Origin: a virus | Lineage: Duplodnaviria > Caudoviricetes | Virus record (IMG/VR): IMGVR_UViG_3300045999_002339 | Coordinates: 1 to 38,222 of that record | Strand: one strand, 5' to 3' | DNA: 38,222 nucleotides | Part shown: positions 34,881 to 38,222 of the stretch, piece after piece | Layout: every line of letters begins with the position of its first letter | How positions within the stretch are numbered: the first letter of the stretch is position 1 | The notes under the pieces: model-generated | The model's database searches: none | The model's input: the letters and a program-made list of their open reading frames with translations, nothing else | Told to the model about the DNA's origin: nothing | Program-made: the position numbers and the translations under genes

Positions 34881-35852
34881 TTAGGCCTGCGAGTCCCACT
34901 TCACAATGCGAGCATTGGAAGCCAGGGTGTGAACGATGCCAAAGCCGCCCAGGTAGTACCAAGCGACGCCCTTGCTGCGACCATAGTCGCTGGGGATCTT
35001 ACCCCGCATCTCTTCCGGAACAGCGATAGCCTCGGCCACCGTATCGTTACCGAAGAAGAAGATCCAGTCACTATCGCCGCCAGTCCAAGGCGTACCCGTC
35101 AAACCGTCAATGCTGTTGCCCTTGACGATGTTGGTCTGCTCGACATAGCGAACGTTCTCGTAGCGGCCGATCTCGCCGTTCATGATCAGTTTGAAGCCAG
35201 TCTCACTGTACTGGTGGATGGTCTCCAAATTGTTCTTGAACGTGCGCAGCGTGGTGGGCCAAGCCAGAGCGTAGTAGTCGTCGCCAATGTAGGCGGGAAT
35301 ATTGCGCTCCTTCATCGTGTCAACGATAGCCTTGGCGTGGCTGTTGTTGAACGCGATTTGGTTGGTCCCAGTCACCGTACCGTTGGTGAACAGGCTGATG
35401 GCGGCGGTGTCCGTGCCTCCGGTGGGCAATGCCCGCAGCGGCGTAGAGTTGAACTGCTGCCATGCCAGTCGATCGAAAGACTTGACTGCGTCGTTCTTCA
35501 GCACCTTCTGAATCAGCTCCATCACCGGGAACTTGGACAGGTTGTCCAACTTGCCAGAGTACGGAACACTGTTGCCAGCTTCACTCAGCGTCAGGGTGCC
35601 CTGCGTAATCGTGAAGTTGGTTTCGGGCATCGTGTTCGTTTCTTGAATGATGCCACCTGCGGTGGCAACGTCCGAGAAAACATCCCACGTAAAGATGTCA
35701 CCCTTCTTCTTGCCCTGTTGGCTGGCATCGCGCACATCAGCGAACTGACGGAACTTCACCAGCGGTTGCACTGCCATGCGCAGTACGTTGCTCAATTGAC
35801 GGCTGTACATGAAGCCGCCAAGAGAGTTTACTGCCCAAACTTGTCCGGACAT
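34881..35852 (-). CDS. Major capsid protein (HK97 fold, N4 gp56-like)
   Basis: KFRQFADV, GEIGRYENVRYVEQTN, DYGRSKGVAWYYLGGFG; AAGGAG SD; follows the scaffold gene. Confidence 0.88.
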   Translation of the reverse strand: MSGQVWAVNSLGGFMYSRQLSNVLRMAVQPLVKFRQFADVRDASQQGKKKGDIFTWDVFSDVATAGGIIQETNTMPETNFTITQGTLTLSEAGNSVPYSGKLDNLSKFPVMELIQKVLKNDAVKSFDRLAWQQFNSTPLRALPTGGTDTAAISLFTNGTVTGTNQIAFNNSHAKAIVDTMKERNIPAYIGDDYYALAWPTTLRTFKNNLETIHQYSETGFKLIMNGEIGRYENVRYVEQTNIVKGNSIDGLTGTPWTGGDSDWIFFFGNDTVAEAIAVPEEMRGKIPSDYGRSKGVAWYYLGGFGIVHTLASNARIVKWDSQA

Positions 35853-35862
35853 GATAATCTCC

Positions 35863-36822
35863 TTAACTTCTCATCCATTGAGGTCCGCCGCGCCGTTGTG
35901 CCATTGAGGCAATAACGGATGCGGGGGAATCGTCCACATCATCTTCCTCAACCTTTGCCGGTTTCGCCTTCGCCGAAGCAGGGGCGGGAACCTTGGGAGC
36001 CGAGGCCTTACGCGCCACCTTATCTTCAATCACCGTTTCTTGCTTGGGAGCAGGTGCCAGTGACTGTTTCCAGTTGCGGATCTCCTCACCAATCGAGGAA
36101 TACCTTTCCCAGTACGCACGCTGATCACCATCTTTCAGAAGTTGTGCGTCCCGGTCAAGGGCAATCTTCTTCAGAATAGGGTCAGACCAAACGTCGGTAT
36201 ACTCGGAACTGAATTTTTCGATGGCTTGGTTAAATGCAAGGCGTTCGTCGATAGTGCGGGAGACGTCGTCCCTACTGAGGGATGGACGAGCACTCGTCTG
36301 TTCGCGCAGCTTACGCAACGCGACAGTGGCCTCTTCTTCTGTGCCCACTTGTATAGCGCGGACAAGCGCTCGATCTTCTTCGTCTTGACGACGACGAATT
36401 TCAGCTTCGTCAACCTCAGGCCGAGCGATTTGCTCCAGCTTGCGGCGGGCTTCTGCTGCTTGACGGAGGTAGTCGTCAGCAGCTTCAATCTTTTGTGCGC
36501 GCTCGATCAACTCAGCTTCAGTCAACTCGAGCTCTTTGCCATTGACCTTGATACGATAACGCTTGGGCTCCGCGCTGGTGGAGGTAGCTGCCTCATCACC
36601 AGTAGACTGCTCATCTGAGACCGTAGTGTCGTCTGTCTCAGCTTGCTCGGCGGCTACAGTGTACGGCTCAGTGGAGCCATCGTCATTGACGTTGGCGAAC
36701 TCATCAGCGCGTCCAGCATCCGTCTGATCGGCAATAGCGTTCAGGCGAGCGACACGATCATCATTAGATGACCCAATGACGCCTTGCTCGTCATTGGACT
36801 GATTGACTTCGTCTTCATTCAT
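35863..36822 (-). CDS. Capsid scaffolding protein
   Basis: Acidic N-terminus, YRIKVNGKE.E....EL....Q....DY motif, coiled coil; upstream of the major capsid gene. Confidence 0.8.
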   Translation of the reverse strand: MNEDEVNQSNDEQGVIGSSNDDRVARLNAIADQTDAGRADEFANVNDDGSTEPYTVAAEQAETDDTTVSDEQSTGDEAATSTSAEPKRYRIKVNGKELELTEAELIERAQKIEAADDYLRQAAEARRKLEQIARPEVDEAEIRRRQDEEDRALVRAIQVGTEEEATVALRKLREQTSARPSLSRDDVSRTIDERLAFNQAIEKFSSEYTDVWSDPILKKIALDRDAQLLKDGDQRAYWERYSSIGEEIRNWKQSLAPAPKQETVIEDKVARKASAPKVPAPASAKAKPAKVEEDDVDDSPASVIASMAQRRGGPQWMRS

Positions 36823-37093
36823 CTGACTCTTCTCCTTCTAAAAGCTCAAGCGCCTTGAGTCCGTCCAACACAGCTTGTGAAAGCCACTGCTCAAACATTT
36901 CAGCCACGCGGGCTTCGTTCTGAGCCTTCATCACTGCGCGAGTGTCGGTTGGGTCTACAGACTTTAGGCTTTGGATGGCCTCACTATAACACTCCTGCGC
37001 ACGGTTGCGCAAGTACTGCCCCACACCAGAGCCCCAAAAAAGCTCAACTTCTTTGCCAAATCCAGCTCGTTCCAACAACTCTTGATTATCCAC
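36815..37093 (-). CDS. Hypothetical head-module protein
   Basis: GAGG SD, GTG start, overlaps the scaffold start. Confidence 0.7.
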   Translation of the reverse strand: MDNQELLERAGFGKEVELFWGSGVGQYLRNRAQECYSEAIQSLKSVDPTDTRAVMKAQNEARVAEMFEQWLSQAVLDGLKALELLEGEESDE

Positions 37094-37101
37094 ACACTAC
37101 C

Positions 37102-37626
37102 TCACGAAAGCAGACGGACACCGCCACCCCCTAGGGCAGCAAACACGAGCTCAGCTTCCTGTTGCTGGAGCTCAGTGTAGGCAATAAGAAATTCTTGATC
37201 TTCCTCTATAATTACCTTGAGTTCGGCAGCGGACTGTTGCAGGGCTTGATAATTTTCATCTGCAATGCGCCTCTGCTGAATATCTAGCTCTAGCTTGGCA
37301 ATGTCTCGCTGGAGGCTCCTAAGCTGATCAAATTCTCCACGGTAGGTGGTGAGCTTACGCACCACGCGTTGCGCCTGGGGTTCTGCAGATGCAGAGAGAG
37401 CGGCCACCACCTGCCTGATCTCGGGGGTGGTGTCATCACCACGCAGCAAGCTCTCCAGCCTAGCACGTTCTTGAACTCTCCACGCTTCCCACTCTAAACG
37501 CTTGCGTCTGTGTCGCAGCGCCGTACCACCTCCACCACCCTGCAGAATGGGTGGAGGTGGGGGTGCAGCGGCCCCCCAAGAGCTACCCCAGGACTTGCCC
37601 CACGACAGGCCCCAAGCCGAAGCCAC
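37102..37626 (-). CDS. Hypothetical protein with a WG.SWG repeat N-terminus and coiled coil
   Basis: SAWGLSWGKSWGSSWG, poly-Pro/Gly linker; abuts the upstream stop. Confidence 0.65.
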   Translation of the reverse strand: MASAWGLSWGKSWGSSWGAAAPPPPPILQGGGGGTALRHRRKRLEWEAWRVQERARLESLLRGDDTTPEIRQVVAALSASAEPQAQRVVRKLTTYRGEFDQLRSLQRDIAKLELDIQQRRIADENYQALQQSAAELKVIIEEDQEFLIAYTELQQQEAELVFAALGGGGVRLLS

Positions 37627-38222
37627 CTACACTGGCCCCCAGGGGTTAACCTCGGTGCCCTCGCCCGCAACCACGTAGTCGTTGACCTTGCGGATATCGG
37701 AGTGGATGGGCGTAGTCTGCGCAGCAGTCAGCACAGCCTGAGCTATCTGATTGGCTGTGGGGTCCAAACTTGCAGTGAGCGTGCGGCTCACATAGGTCCA
37801 CACAGCTTGCGCAAGCGTATCGTAGTCTATCCCGCCTGACGAAGCAAGGTTCAACTTGTTGCCCATCGTTCCTGGATCGTTGAAGTCTGCGGCAATCGTT
37901 TCCCATACAGCCGCCGCTAAATTTTGCGGGCTGAGTTCGGTGAATGGTGTGATGTCGCCGCTCAAATTTCCCGTGGCCCTGACCGTGGCACTGTTTGAGA
38001 ACTGCACCAGCGCAGCGCCGATAGCATCAACGATGGCGCCGAGCGTGGCGTTGTTGACCGTGAAGGAGAAGGACGTGCTGCCAGATGCGGACAGGGCACC
38101 AGCCAAGTTGGCCGCAAGGTTGAACGTGATCGACGTGGAGCCGACCGCCGAGACGATCAGTTGCCCGTCTGCCGGGTTGACTGTAATCGTGACCGTCGAG
38201 TCACCGCTGATGTTGCGCCCTG
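37627..38222 (-). CDS. Ser/Thr/Ala-rich structural-type protein, 5'-truncated
   Basis: Frame stays open to the window edge; LSPQNLAAAVW and AQAVW repeats. Confidence 0.7.
   Translation of the reverse strand, partial: GRNISGDSTVTITVNPADGQLIVSAVGSTSITFNLAANLAGALSASGSTSFSFTVNNATLGAIVDAIGAALVQFSNSATVRATGNLSGDITPFTELSPQNLAAAVWETIAADFNDPGTMGNKLNLASSGGIDYDTLAQAVWTYVSRTLTASLDPTANQIAQAVLTAAQTTPIHSDIRKVNDYVVAGEGTEVNPWGPV

Noticed and set aside
1-38222. Integrase, att sites, IS elements, introns/inteins, CRISPR arrays, rRNA
   Set aside because: None recognised by eye; the genome is incomplete here, so lifestyle cannot be determined

Overview
The window is a 38 kb internal segment of a tailed dsDNA phage genome with a P22/podovirus-like tail, probably infecting a Gram-negative proteobacterium. 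Genes are truncated at both ends, and no terminase, portal, primase or integrase is visible. The + strand arm (1-15257) carries small early genes, DUF932, a replication module (SSB-like protein, family A DNA polymerase, Cas4-like exonuclease, VRR-NUC, SNF2 helicase), a thymidine hypermodification cassette (DenV-like protein, TAGT/base-J-type glycosyltransferase, 5-hmdU DNA kinase family protein, dUMP hydroxymethylase-like enzyme, DUF3310 kinase), and a complete four-enzyme NDP-D-glycero-D-manno-heptose pathway (HldA-type kinase, GmhA, HldC-type nucleotidyltransferase, GmhB). The - strand arm (15254-38222) carries scaffold, major capsid, a SAM methyltransferase and a GT9 heptosyltransferase-family gene inside the morphogenesis operon, adaptor, gp10-like tail hub, tailspike, ejection proteins, an ATP-grasp protein, a polyvalent protein and lysis genes. 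The main candidate for a new system is phage-encoded heptosylation: the phage makes its own nucleotide-heptose and encodes two candidate transferases, one possibly acting on DNA (a heptose analogue of base J) and one possibly acting on virion proteins or host LPS. All family assignments come from motif recognition by eye, not from database searches.
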